Under the pieces are notes generated by a model. That model saw only the letters and a program-made list of their open reading frames with translations. It was not told the origin of the DNA and did not search any database. 64,000 bases of DNA from the human T2T-CHM13v2.0 reference genome, Homo sapiens: NCBI RefSeq assembly GCF_009914755.1, contig NC_060939.1; one strand, 5' to 3'. Positions within the stretch are counted from its first letter, which is position 1. Every line of letters begins with the position of its first letter. The position numbers and the translations under genes are program-made. This document shows positions 1 to 16,559 of this stretch, one piece after another.

Positions 1-248
1 CGATCTTGCTCACTGCAACCTCCGCCTCTTGGGTTCAAGCAATTCTCCTGCCTCAGCTTCCTGAGTAGCTGGGACTACAGGCGCGTGCCCCTATACCTGG
101 CCAAATTTTTTTTGTGTGTATTTTTTTTAGTAGAGTCAGGGTTTTACTATGTTGGCCAGGCTGGTATCAAACTCCTGATCTCAAGTGATCCGCTGGCCTC
201 GGCGTCCCAAAGTGCTGGGATTACGGGCCTGAGCCACAGCGCCCAGCC
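1..248 (-). mobile_element. Alu (AluS-like), cut by the window edge
   Basis: Reverse-complement Alu text, e.g. CTCACTGCAACCTCCGCC...CCCAAAGTGCTGGGATTAC...GCGCCCAGCC. Confidence 0.95.
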
Positions 249-289
249 CATTTTGGATTTTGGATTTTCAGATTACGGATGCTCAGTCT

Positions 290-1210
290 GTAGTTGGAAT
301 CAATGCAGTCTGTAGCCTTTTCAGACTGGTTTCTTTCATTTAGTAATACACATGTAAGTTTCCTCTGTGTCTTTTAATGACTTGATAGTTTATTTCTTTT
401 TGGTGTTGAATAATATTCTATTGTCTAGATGTACCACAATTTATTTATTCATTCACCTACTGAAGGACATCTTGGTTGCTTCTAAGTTTTGACAATTATG
501 AATAAAGCTGACGTAAACGTTTATGTGCAGGTTTTTGTGTGGACAGAAGTTTTCAACTCCTTTGGGTAAACACCAAGGAGCATGATTGCTGAATCATACG
601 TGATACGGTTTGAATGTGTGTCCCCTCTAAATCTCATGTTGAAATGTGATTCCCAATGTTGTAGATGGGGCTTGGTGGGAGATGACTGGATCACAGGGGC
701 AGATCCCTTATGAATGATTTAGCATGATCCCTTTGGTGATAAGTGAACTCTTGCTCAGTTAGTTCATGTGAGATCTGGCTGTTTAAAAGTCTGGGACCTC
801 CCCTCCTTGCTGTCTTGCTCCCACTCTCGCCATGTGATATGCTAGCTCTCTGTCACTTTGTGCCACGATTGTAAGCTCCCTCAGGCCCTCACCAGAAGTA
901 GATGCTTGCACTACACTTCCTGTACAGCCTGTGGAACCGGGGGCCAATTAAACCTTTTTTCTTATAAATTACCCAGCCTCAGGTACTTCTTTATAGCAAT
1001 GCAAGAATGGACTAATACAACGTGGTAAGAGTATGTTTAGCTGTGCAAGAAATTGCCAAACTGTCTTCCAAAGCGGCTGTACCATGTTTGCATTCCCACC
1101 AAACGAATGAGAGTTTCTGTTACTTCACATACCCGCCAGCATTTAGTGTTGTTAGTATTCTGCATTTTGGCCATTCTAGTAGGTGTGTAGTGATATCTTA
1201 TTGTTATGAT
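290..1210 (-). mobile_element. Old L1 3' region (L1MB-like), split by an MST LTR
   Basis: Antisense L1 3' end text (GAAATTGCCAAACTGTCTTCCAAAG..GGCTGTACCATG..CATTCCCACC) continues on both sides of 601-1019. Confidence 0.8.
601..1019 (+). mobile_element. MaLR solo LTR (MST family, MSTB-like)
   Basis: Starts TGATACGGTTTGAATGTGTGTCCCC and ends ...CTTTATAGCAATGCAAGAATGGACTAATACA, typical MST/THE1 termini. Confidence 0.88.
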
Positions 1211-1214
1211 CTAT

Positions 1215-1944
1215 TGCTTTTTAACCTTATTTTGTGATATAGATTCACATGTCTTATAGTTGTAAAAAATAATGCAGAGAGATCTAGTTAAATGTACCCT
1301 TTCCCTATTTCACCCAAATGTAGTTAAATTAGAGTACAATATAACAGCCAACATATAGATATTGGTACAAGATACAGAACATTTCCATCATCATAAAAAT
1401 CTCTCATGTTGCTGTTTTATAGCCACACCACTTCCCCCCTCCCTGTCTAACCACCGGTAATCACTATTCTGTTCTCCATTTCCATAATTTTGTCATTTCA
1501 AGAATGTTGTATGAATGGCATCATACAGTACATAATCTTTTTGGGACTAATTTTTTTTCATTAGCTTAACTCTCTAGAGATTTATCAAGATTTTTGCATG
1601 TATCAACTCATTCCTTTTTATTGCTGAGTGGTACTCCACAGTTTAACCATTTACTTGTTTCAGAATTTCTGGATTGTTTCCATGTCTTGGCTATTAGAAA
1701 AGAAAAGCTGCTGACAGAATGGGAGAAAATATTTGCAAATTATATATCTGATACAGATTATATATAATCTGACATTCATATACAGGTGTTTGTGTGAACA
1801 TAAGTTTTCATTTCTCTGGGATAAATGCCCAGGAGTGCCATTGTTGTGCGGTGTGGCAGTTGCATATTCAGTCTTATAAGAAACTGCCCAACTCTTTTCC
1901 AGAGTGGCTGTACCATTTAACATAACCACCAGCAGTGTATGAGT

Positions 1945-1945
<1 letters not shown>
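1215..1945 (-). mobile_element. Old L1 3' end fragment (L1MC/MD-like)
   Basis: Antisense L1 3'UTR motifs (TCACTATTCTGTTCTCCATTT, TTTTCATTTCTCTGGGATAAATGCCCAGGAGTG). Confidence 0.7.
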
Positions 1946-5860
<3,915 letters not shown>

Positions 5861-6125
5861 TGTTGGAGATTGTACTTTATTCTTAAGACAATGAACATAT
5901 TTTGAAAGATTTTAAGCATTTTTTGCAAGTCACTTTAAATGGCTTCAGTGTAGATAAAGGAAAGGAAGGAGCAAGACTGAGAGTAGAGGCCAGTTAGGAG
6001 ACTGTCATAAAAATCTGGTGAAAGATGATGATCTCCTGGACTTGGATGGTAACAGAGGAGATGGAAATAAGTAGTAAATTTGAGAGATATTTAGGAATTA
6101 AGAACCAAGAATTTGGTGATTATTT

Positions 6126-6804
6126 TGTTACTGTAGGTAGTTAGACATGAACAGGGTAGGAAAGCCCTCTCCCGACCCCACCAGGAATGTCAGGCGACCA
6201 TTAGATGATGGTCAGGTGGTTGTTAAACTGTCTCTCTAAAATAATACTTGGTTGCAACCAGTGCCGGGAAAAGGCATTCTCCCAGTAGATAGAAAAAACC
6301 TGACACTGGTGATCAGCAACTTCCCAGCAAAATCTCAAGAGCTGGGGAAGTGGGCTCAAGTATGTGCACTAAGAGGTAACATGATGGAGTTTAAACACTC
6401 GACAGGTAAGGGAAAAACACCTCGACTGAGTATGTGTACAACTTCAGTAATCACACTTAGTATGTGGCCCCTCTCAAGTGCTGGCAGGCCACTGCACATG
6501 TGCATGACCCACCCCCAGAGAAGAATCAAGGAAGGAGGAAAGAAGACCCCAGAGCCATGCCAGTGTATAAAACCCCAAGTCAAGGGCTGATGAAGTCACT
6601 TGGATCTCTCAAGTTTTCTCCTTGGCCCTCTTACAAGTTTACTTCCTTTTATTCCTGCTCTAAAAGTTTTTCATAAACGTTCACGCATGCTCTAAAACTT
6701 GCCTCAGTCTCTCCTTCTGCCTTCTGTCCGCTGGTCGAATTATTTCTTCTGAGGAGGCAAGAATTGAGGTTGCTGCAGACCCATACGATTCACTGCTGCT
6801 AACA
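6126..6804 (+). mobile_element. ERV1 solo LTR (MER50-like)
   Basis: TGTTA...TAACA termini with 4-bp TSD ATTT (6122-6125, 6805-6808); CCAGGAATGTCAGGCGACCAT core; TATAAAA near 6566. Confidence 0.8.
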
Positions 6805-7669
6805 ATTTGATGTGCAAGATAAAGAAAGCGGTAAGGAATAACTTCTGTTTCCGACTTGAGCTACTTTGTGGGTGGTAGTGTACCTTGTCTTTTTTATAGC
6901 ATGTATCAACATTGTATTATAATTTTATAGTTATTTATATGATTATTTGTTTAATGTTTGTCTCTCTTTACCAGATTGTAAGTCTATAAGAGAAGGAGTA
7001 ATAAGAATTTTGTTCACTGCTGTACTCTCAGCAGCTAGCACAATGTCTGGCCTGTAATTATATGCTCAATAAATATTAATGCATTATGATATATTTAAAA
7101 GGGGAAGCATGCTTATGGAGAAGATGATTTTAGAAATCTCATTTTTGAATATATTAAATTTAAGTTGCCTATGAGACATATCCAGTTAGATATATTAGTC
7201 TGGAGCTTAAGAGATCTACAAATAACGATTTTGGAGCTACCTGGAAGCTAAATGGAGCTATCTGGAAGCTAAATGGAAATTTAAGCTATTGCAGTGGAGA
7301 CATTCTTTATAGAGTGTACAGAGAAGAGGAGAAGACCTAGAACTAAGCTTTAAATATCTCTAATTTAGAGGGAAAAATGAAGAAAAGCACCTACCAAAGT
7401 GACCAAGTAAGAATAGTTAGAAAAGTGCTTAAAAATATTAAAACATTTGAAATATTTCTCCTGTATTTAACCACACCAGGAAAAGTGTGGTTAAATAGAT
7501 GTCAAAGGAAGAAAGAGTGTTTAAAAAAGAGGGAGGATTTGACACTGTTGTAACTCAAAAATCAAACGAGATAAAGACTAAAAATCATCCACTGGATTAG
7601 TGCAAAAACGGTTTTGATAGGTTTGGAGATAAGCCATACTGGAAGAATGAGTTAAGGTAAGAAAATGGA

Positions 7670-8078
<409 letters not shown>

Positions 8079-8099
8079 TTATTTTCAGATAGGTGAGAC

Positions 8100-8642
8100 T
8101 GAGAGGTGAAGCCAGCTGGACTTCTAGGTCAGGTGGGGACTTGGAGAACTTTTCTGTCTTACAAGAGGATTGTAAAATGCACCAATCAGCACTCTGAAGC
8201 TAGAATTGTAAAACGCACCAATCAGTGCTCTGTGGCTAGCTAGAAGTTTATAAAATGTACCACCAATACATTGTAAAACATACCAATCAGCTCTTTGTGG
8301 CTAGCTAGAGGTTTATAAAATAGACCAATCAGCACACTGTAAAATGGAACAATCAGTGCTCTGTAAAATGGACCAATCAGCACTCTATAAAATGGACCAA
8401 TCAGCAGGACATGGACGGAGACAAGAGAATAAAAGCTAGCCACCCCAGCCAGCAGCAGCAACCGGCTCAGGTCCCCTTCCATGCTGAGGAAGGTTTGGTC
8501 TTTTGCTCTCCACAGTAAATCTTGCTGCTGCTCACTCTTTAGGTCCACACCATCTGGAGCCCTAACACCGCAAAGGTCCGTGGCTTCATTCTTTAAGTCA
8601 GAGACATCATGACCCCACCCGAAGGAACCAACTCTGGACACG
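8100..8642 (+). mobile_element. ERV9 solo LTR (LTR12F-like)
   Basis: TGAGAGGTGAAGCCAGCTGG start, about 7 tandem CCAAT (ACCAATCAG) boxes, AATAAAAGC TATA-like box at ~8428, ...CTCTGGACACG end; TSD AGAC (8096-8099, 8643-8646). Confidence 0.92.
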
Positions 8643-9019
8643 AGACTAGACCATGTTTAGCAGCTGATGAGAAAGAGCCAGTAGAAAAGGAGAGGTTGAA
8701 GATGGGGTGCAGAGAGTAATAGGAGGGAAGGAGAAGAAATGAATACAGATAAAGGTAAGTCTGAAGGTTTGGTAGCAAAAATTGAAGGAATTCCAGATTG
8801 TAGCTTCTAAACATTTTTTTAACGGTGTAGAAATTGATATCTGTTCAGATTAAGTTATAAGGTTTAAAAAAAGACAGCATATATGAAGGGCCTAGCATGT
8901 AGTAGGTGCTTAATAAATAGTAGCTTTGTGTTACTTGCAGTTTTAGAAAGGTTTTGTATGATTATAGCATTAGTACAGTATAATGTGATTTGAGAACATT
9001 TAAAATATTTTCTTTGTAG

Positions 9020-9118
9020 GTCTGCCAAAGTGCTTGAAACTCAACTTTGAGAAAGTGGTTACATTGGACTAAAGCATTGTAAAATACTGCTTTATCTGTT
9101 TTATTTGTTCATATTTTG
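9020..9118 (+). other. Candidate 99-nt exon (non-coding or pseudo-coding)
   Basis: Acceptor TATTTTCTTTGTAG|G (AG 9018-9019) and donor TTG|GTGAGA (GT 9119-9120) in a small repeat-free island; every frame has at least one stop. Confidence 0.4.
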
Positions 9119-11600
9119 GTGAGATGCATTACTTTATTTTATTATTTCAATAGTTTTTGGAGTACAGGTGGTTTTTGGTAATGTGGTTAAGTTCTATAGT
9201 GGTGAATTCTGAGATCTTAGTGCACTCGTCACCCAAGCAGTGTACACTGTACCCAATATGTAATCTTTTATCCCTAACTCCCCTCCATGTCCTGCTCCCC
9301 TTGGCGTCCCCAAAGTGCATTACATTATTCCGTATGTCTTCATGTCCTCACAGCTTAGCTCCCACTTATAAGTGAGAACATAGGGCATTTGGTTTTCCCA
9401 TTCCTGAGTTACTTCATTTAGAATAATGACCTCCAGCTCCATTCAGGTTGCTGCAAAAGACATTATTTTGTTCTTTTTTATGGCTGAGTAGTATTCCACG
9501 ATGTATATATGCCACATTCTCTTTATTCACTTGGCACTTAGGTTGGTTTTACATCTTTGCAATTGCACATCTTGCTGAGGTATCCATGCATGTGTGTGTG
9601 TCTTTTTCATGTAATGACTTTTTTTCCATTAGGTAGATACCCAGTAGTGGGATTGCTGGATCAAATGCTAGATCTACTTTTAGTTCTTTAAGGAATCACC
9701 ATACTGTTTTCCATAGTGGTTGTACTAAATTACATTCCCAACAGTAGTGTAGAAGTGTTCCCTTTTCACCACATTCACACCAATATATTGTTTTTTGACT
9801 TTTTAATTACGGCCATTTTAAAAACAAAAAAAAATAATTTTGGCCATTCTTTCTGGAGTAAGGTGGTATCTCACTGTGGTTTTAATTTGCGTTTCCCTGA
9901 TGATTAGTGATGCTGAGCATTTTTCCATACATTTGTTGGCTGTTTGTATATCTTCCTTTGAGAAATGTCTATTCATGTCCTTTGACCACTTTTAGATGGG
10001 ATTCTTTTTTTTTTCTTTAATGCAGTGTTTTAAAATGTAGCCAACTTCTTGTTTAGTTCCTAGTTAAATAAAACCCTTAAAAAGGGTTTTTTAAACTGAC
10101 AAAAATTGTATATAATTATCATGTATAACATGTTTTGAAATATATAAACATGGAAGAGAATTAAATTGAGGTAATTAAGATATGCATTACCTCACACACT
10201 TATTTTTTTGAGATGAGAACACTTAAAATCTACTCTCTTAGCAATTTTCAAGAATGTAACACATTATTGTTTAAATCTCCTTTGATGCTTTCCTGCAGGT
10301 TCAGCCTTGCCCCAGTCCCTTCCTCTTCTGTTTTTTGAATTTGTGAAGGATTAGTGTTAATTCATGCTTAATGTTTGGGTAGAATTCACCAGTGAAGCCA
10401 TCTGGTCCTGAACCTTTCTTTCTTGAGAGGTTTTTGGTTGCTGATTCAATCTCTTGGCTTACTCTATGTCTGTCAAGATTTTTATAGCTTCAAATCTTAC
10501 GGTTAAGTCTTTAATCCATCCTGAGTTAATTTTTTGTATATGGTAAGAGATAAAGATCCAGTTTCATTCTTCTGCATATGACTAGCCATTTTTTCCAGTA
10601 CCATTTATTGAATAGGGTGTCCCTTCCTCCATTTGTTGAAGTTGGTTGTAGGGGTGTGGCGTTATTTCAGGGTTCTCTATTCTGTTATTTTTGCTTAGTA
10701 CTGCTTTGGCTATTTGGACTCTTTTTTGGTTCCATATGAATTTTAGAATTGTTTTTTCTAATTCTGTGGAAAATGATGTTGGTGGTTTGATAGAATTTCA
10801 TTAAATCTGTAGATTGCTTTGGGCGGTATAGTCACTTTATCAATATTGATTCTTTCTACCCATGAGCATGGGATGTTTCTCCATTTGTTTGTGTCATTTA
10901 CAATTACTTTTGTCTATATTTTGAGGTTCTCCTTGTAGATGTCTTTCACCTCCTTGGTTAAATGTATTTCTAGATATTGTATTTTTTTGTGGCCATTGTA
11001 AAGGGGATTGAGTTCTTGATTTGGTTCTTAGCTTGAGCATTGTTGGTGTATAGCAATACAATTGGTTTTTGTGCATTAATTTGGAACCTGAAACTTTACT
11101 GAAGTTGTTTATCAGGTCTAGAAGTCTTTTGGAGGAATCTTTGGTTTCCTAGTTTGGTATAAGTTTATGTCATTCGGCAAACAATGATAAATTGACTTCC
11201 TCTTTTTCTATTTGGGTACCTCCTTTTATTTCTTTGTCTTGCCTGATTGCCCTGGCTAGGACTTCCAGTACTATATTGAATAGGAGTGGTGAGAATGGAT
11301 ATCCTTGCCTTGTTCCAACTCTTAGGAGGAATCCTTTCAACTTTTCCCTGTTCAGTATGATGTTGGTTGTGGGTTTGTCATAGATGGCTCTTACTATTTT
11401 AAAGTTTGTTCCTTCAATGCCCAGTGTGTTGAGAGTTTTTCTTATGAAGGGATATTGGATTTTATCAAATGCTTTTTCTGCATTTATTGAGATGATCATA
11501 TGGTTTTTGTTTTTAATTCTGTTTATGTGGTGAATCATTTATTGACTTGCATATGTTAAATCATCCTTGCGATCCCTGGAATAATTATCGTGATGAATAA

Positions 11601-11912
11601 TTTTTTCATTTTATTTTATTCCTTTATTTTTTGAGACAGGGTCTCTCCCTATCCTGGGTTGGAGTGCAGTGGCCCAATCAGGGCTCACAGCAGCCTTGAC
11701 TTTGTGGGCTTGAGTGCTTCTCTTGCTTTAGCCCCCCAACTAACTGGGACTACAGGCATGTGCCACCACATCCAGCTAATTTTTTTGAATTTTAGTAGAG
11801 ATGAGGTCTCACTATGTTGTCCAGGCTGGTCTTGAACTCCTGAGCTCAAGCAATCCTTCTGCCTTTGACTCCCAAAGTGCTGGGATTACAGGCATAAGCC
11901 ACCATGTCTGGC
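11601..11912 (-). mobile_element. AluJ inserted in L1
   Basis: Diverged Alu with J diagnostics (CTCCTGAGCTCAAGCAATCC); imperfect TSD TGATGAAT(A/G)AT. Confidence 0.9.
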
Positions 11913-12206
11913 TATGATGAATGATCTTTTTGTGTGCTTCTAGATTTGCTTTGCTAGTCTTTTGTTGAGGATTTTGCATCTATGTTTATTACAGATACTG
12001 GTCCGCAGTTTTCTTTTTTTGTTGTGTCCTTGCCAGATTTTGGTATCAGAATGATACTGGTTTTATAAAGTGAGTTAGGGGAATCCCTCCTCTCTGATTT
12101 TGTGAATTGTTTCAGTAAGATTGGTACCAGCTCTTCTTTATATGTCTAGTAGAATTTGGCTGTGACTCCATCCGGTCCTGAGCTTTTTTTAGTTGGTAGA
12201 TTTTTT

Positions 12207-14134
12207 GTTTTTTTTTTTTATTGATCATTCTTGGGTGTTTCTCGCAGAGGGGTATTTGGCAGGGTCATAGGACAATAGTGGAGGGAAGGTCAGCAGATAA
12301 ACAAGTGAACAAAGGTCTCTGGTTTTCCTACGCAGAGGACCCTGCGGCCTTCCGCAGTGTTTGTGTCCCTGGGTACTTGAGATTAGGGAGTGGTGATGAC
12401 TCTTAACGAGCATGCTGCCTTCAAGCATCTGTTTAACAAAGCACATCTTTCACCGCCCTTAATCCATTTAACCCTGAGTGGACACAGCACATGTTTCAGA
12501 GAGCACAGGGTTGGGGGTAAGGTCCCAGATCAACAGGATCCCAAGGCAGAAGAGTTTTTCCTAGTACAGAACAAAATGAAGAGTCTCCCATGTCTACCTC
12601 TTTCTACACAGACACGGCAACCATCCGATTTCTCAATCTTTTCCCCACCTTTCCCCCCTTTCTATTCCACAAAACCGCCATTGTCATCATGGCCCGTTCT
12701 CAATGAGCTGTTGGGCACACCTCCCAGACGGGGTGGTGGCCGGGCAGAGGGGCTCCTCACTTCCCAGTAGGGGCGGCCAGGCAGAGGTGCCCCTCACCTC
12801 CCGGACGGGGCGGCTGGCCGGGCGGGGGGCTGACCCCCCCACCTCCCTCCTGGACGGGGTGGCTGGCCAGGCGGGGGGCTGACCCCCCCACCTCCCTCCT
12901 GGACGGGGCGGCTGGCCGGGCAGAGGGACTCCTCACTTCCCAGTAGGGGCGGCCGGGCAGAGGCGCCCCTCACCTCCCGGACGGGGTGGCTGGCCGGGCG
13001 GGGGGCTGACCCCCCCCCCTCCCTCCCGGACGGGGCGGCTGGCCGGGCAGAGGGGCTCCTCACTTCCCAGTAGGGGCGGCCGGGCAGAGGCGCCCCTCAC
13101 CTCCCGGACAGGGCGGCTGGCCGGGCAGGGGGCTGACCCCCCACCTCCCTCCCGGACGGGGCGGCTGGCCTGGCGGGGGCTGACCCCCACCTCCCTCCCG
13201 GACGGGGTGGCTGCCGGGCGGAGACGCTCTTCACTTCCCAGACGGGGTGGCTGCCGGGCGGAGGGGCTCCTCACTTCTCAGACGGGGTGGTTGCCAGGCA
13301 GAGGGTCTCCTCACTTCTCAGATGGGGCGGCCGGGCAGAGACGCTCCTCACCTCCCAGACGGGGTCACGGCCGGGCAGAGGCGCTCCTCACATCCCAGAC
13401 GGGGCAGCGGGGCAGAGGTGCTCCCCACATCTCAGACGATGGGCGGCCGGGCAGAGACGCTCCTCACTTCCTAGATGGGATGGCGGCCGGGCAGAGGCGC
13501 TCCTCACTTCCTAGATGGGATGGCGGCCGGGCAGAGACGCTCCTCACTTTCCAGACTGGGCGCCAGGCAGAGGGGCTCCTCACATCCCAGACGATGGGTG
13601 GCCAGGCAGAGACGCTCCTCACTTCCCAGACGGGGTGGCGGCTGGGCAGAGGCTGCAATCTTGGCACTTTGGGAGGCCAAGGCAGGCGGCTGGGAGGTGG
13701 AGGTTGTAGCGAGCCGAGATCATGCCACTGCACTCCAGCCTGGGCACCATTGAGCACTGAGTGAATGAGACTCCATCTGCAATCCCGGCACCTCGGGAGG
13801 CCGAGGCTGGCGGATCACTCGTGGTTAGGAGCTGGAGACCAGCCCGGCCAACACAGTGAAACCCCGTCTCCACCAAAAAAAAATACGAAAACCAGTCAGG
13901 CGTGGTGGCGCGCGCCTGCAATGGCAGGCACTCGGCAGGCTGAGGCAGGAGAATCAGGCAGGGAGGTTGTAGTGAGCCGAGATGGCAGCAGTACAGTCCA
14001 GCTTCGGCTCGGCATCAGAGGGAGACCGTGGAAAGAGAGGGAGAGGGAGACCGTGGGGAGAGGGAGAGGGAGAGGGAGAGGGAGACCATGGGGAGAGGGA
14101 GAGGCAGAGGGACAGGGACAGGGACAGGGACAGC
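12207..14134 (-). mobile_element. Full-length SVA retrotransposon (SVA_D-like)
   Basis: On the minus strand: hexamer head (~14030-14134), Alu-like domain (~13650-14020), GC-rich VNTR (~12715-13650), SINE-R (~12220-12715), poly(A); 17-bp TSD TAGTTGGTAGATTTTTT at 12190-12206 and 14135-14151. Confidence 0.98.
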
Positions 14135-16559
14135 TAGTTGGTAGATTTTTTTATTACTGATTCAATTTCATAACTTGTTACTGGTCTGTTCAGGATTTCA
14201 ACTTCTGGATCAATCTTGGGGGCTGTATGTTTCCAGGAATTTATCCATGTCCTCTAGGTTTTCTAGTTTGTGTGCATAAAGATGTTCATAGGAGTCTCTG
14301 AGGATCTTTAGTATTTCTGTGGTTTCAGTTATAATGTCATCTTTGCAATTTCTGACTGTGCTTATTTGGATCTTCTTTCCTGATTTCTTGGTTAATGTAG
14401 CTAGTGGTCTATCAATTTTGTTTATTCTTTCAAAGAATCAACTGTTCATTTTATTGACCTTTTATATGATATTTTTTGTGTCAGTTTCATTTAGTTCTGC
14501 TCTTATCTTTGTGATTTCTTCTGCTGGCTTGGGGTTTGGTTTGTTCCTATTTTTCTACTTCCTTGAAGTGCAACATTAAGTTGTTAATTTGAAGTCTTTT
14601 TGTCTTTTTGATGTAGGCATTTGGCACTATAAACTTCCCTCTTAACACTTTCTTCTCTTTTTTTTTGCTGTATCCCAGAGGTTTTGGTATGTTGTGTCTC
14701 TGTTTTCACTTGTTTCCAAAAAAAAATGTTTATTTCTGCCTTAATTTCATTGTTTAGCTAGAAGTTGTTCAGGAACAAGTTGTTTAGTTTTTATGTACCC
14801 ATGTGGTTTTGAGAGTTCTTCTTGGTATTGATTTCTAATTTTATTCCACTGTGGTCTGAGAAGGTGCTTAATATAATTTTGATTTTTCAAAAATTATTGA
14901 GACTTTTTTTAATGACCAAGCATATGGCAAATTTTAGAGAATGTTTTGTGCACAAATGAGAAAAATGTATATTCTGCAGTTGTTGAGTGGGATGTTCTGT
15001 AAATGTCTATTAGGTCTATTTCCTCAAGAGTCCAATTTAAGTCCAGAGTTTGTTAGTTTTCTGCCTCAGTGATCTGTCAGTGGGATGTTGAAGTCACCCA
15101 CTATTATTGTATGGCTGTCTATCTCATTTCTTAGGTCTAGTAGTATTTGTTTTATAAATCTGCATGCTCCAGTGTTGGGTGCATACACATTTAGGATAGT
15201 TAAATTTTCTTGTTGAATTGAACCTTTATCATTATGTAATGTTCTTTTGCATATTTTTAACTGTTGGTTTAAAGCTGATTTTATCTGATACAAGACTAGC
15301 AACTCCTGTGCTTTTGTTTTCCATTTCCATGATATGTCTTCTTCCACCCTTTTACTTTGAGCCTGTGGATGTCATTACACTTTAGGTGGATCTCTTGCAG
15401 GCAGCAAATGATTAGGTGTTGTTTTTTCATCCAATTTGCCAATCTGTATCTTTTAAGTGGAGCATTTATAGGTTGTTTACATTCAATCTTAATATCAATG
15501 TGTGAGATTTTGTTACTGTCATGGTGTTGTTATCGTTTTGTAGTCTTAATTTTGTAATTGCTTTATAGGTTCTATGAACTTTGTACTTATATGTGCTTTT
15601 ACGGTAGCCAGTATTGTCCTTCTGTTTCCACGTTTAGAATGCCCTTGAGCATATCTTGTAAATCCGGTCTGGTGGTGAAGAATTTCCTTAGCATTTGATT
15701 ATCTGGGAAATAATTTCTTCTTTGTTTATAAAGTTTAGTTTGACAGGATATTACATTTTTGGCTGGCATTTGTTTTCTTTTAAAAGGCTAAAAATAGGCT
15801 CCCAATCTTTTCTGCTTGTACGGCTTCTGTGGAGAAGTCCACAGTTAGTCTGTTAAAGGCAGCTAGGGCAAAGGACCAAATGTGAGTGTCATTACACACT
15901 AGTTGGGTGTCCTGGAGGCAGCAGACGATTGGCTCTTGTTTTTTCATCCAATTTGCCAATCTGTATCTTTTAAGTGGAGAATTTAGGCTGTTTACATTCA
16001 GGGTTAATCTTGCAATGACACCATATTTGGCCCTTTTCTCTAGCTGCCTTTAAAATTTTTTATTTAATGTTGACCTTGGCCTTGGTGATTTTCATCTTTT
16101 ATGGTATCTTGCAGGTGTTCTCTGAATTTCTTACATCTGGATGTCTACCTCTCTATCAAGAGTAGGGAAATTTTCCTGAATTATTCCTTCAAATTTGTTT
16201 TCCAAGTTGCTTACTTTTTCTTCTTTTCTTTCAGAAATGCCTGTAAGTCATAGGTTTGGTTGTTTTACATAATTCCATATTTCTTGAAGACTTCATTTAT
16301 TTTTAAAATTCTTTTAATTTGAAAGCCTGTTCTTTGAGCTCTGAAATTCTTTTTTTCTGCTTGGTCGAGTTAGATAGTTTCTCAGGTCCTTTTCAGTTGT
16401 CATATTTTCTGAGCCTTTTATTTTAATCTATTTGCATTAGAAGAGTATTGATCATTAACATTTACAAAATATTTAAAAATTTTTGAATTCATATAATCCA
16501 AAACAGAAGGAAAAATATCTTGATCTTCTTAATATTAAAAATAATATGATTGATCAACA

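Larger units (their letters stand above)
9131..16370 (-). mobile_element. L1 (L1PB/L1MA-like) 3'UTR-ORF2-ORF1, interrupted and rearranged
   Basis: ORF 11170-11538(-) [37 protein letters not shown] is L1 RT; EN text at ~15070-15330; ORF1 remnant at 15700-16370; L1PB-type 3' end at 9131-10010. Confidence 0.93.

Noticed and set aside
8180-8410. Regularly spaced repeats superficially like a CRISPR array
   Set aside because: They are LTR12 CCAAT-box tandem units without unique spacers, in human DNA with no cas genes
12221-14160. Many long GC-rich ORFs (up to 185 aa)
   Set aside because: All lie in the SVA VNTR and Alu-like domains; they reflect repetitive stop-poor sequence, not genes
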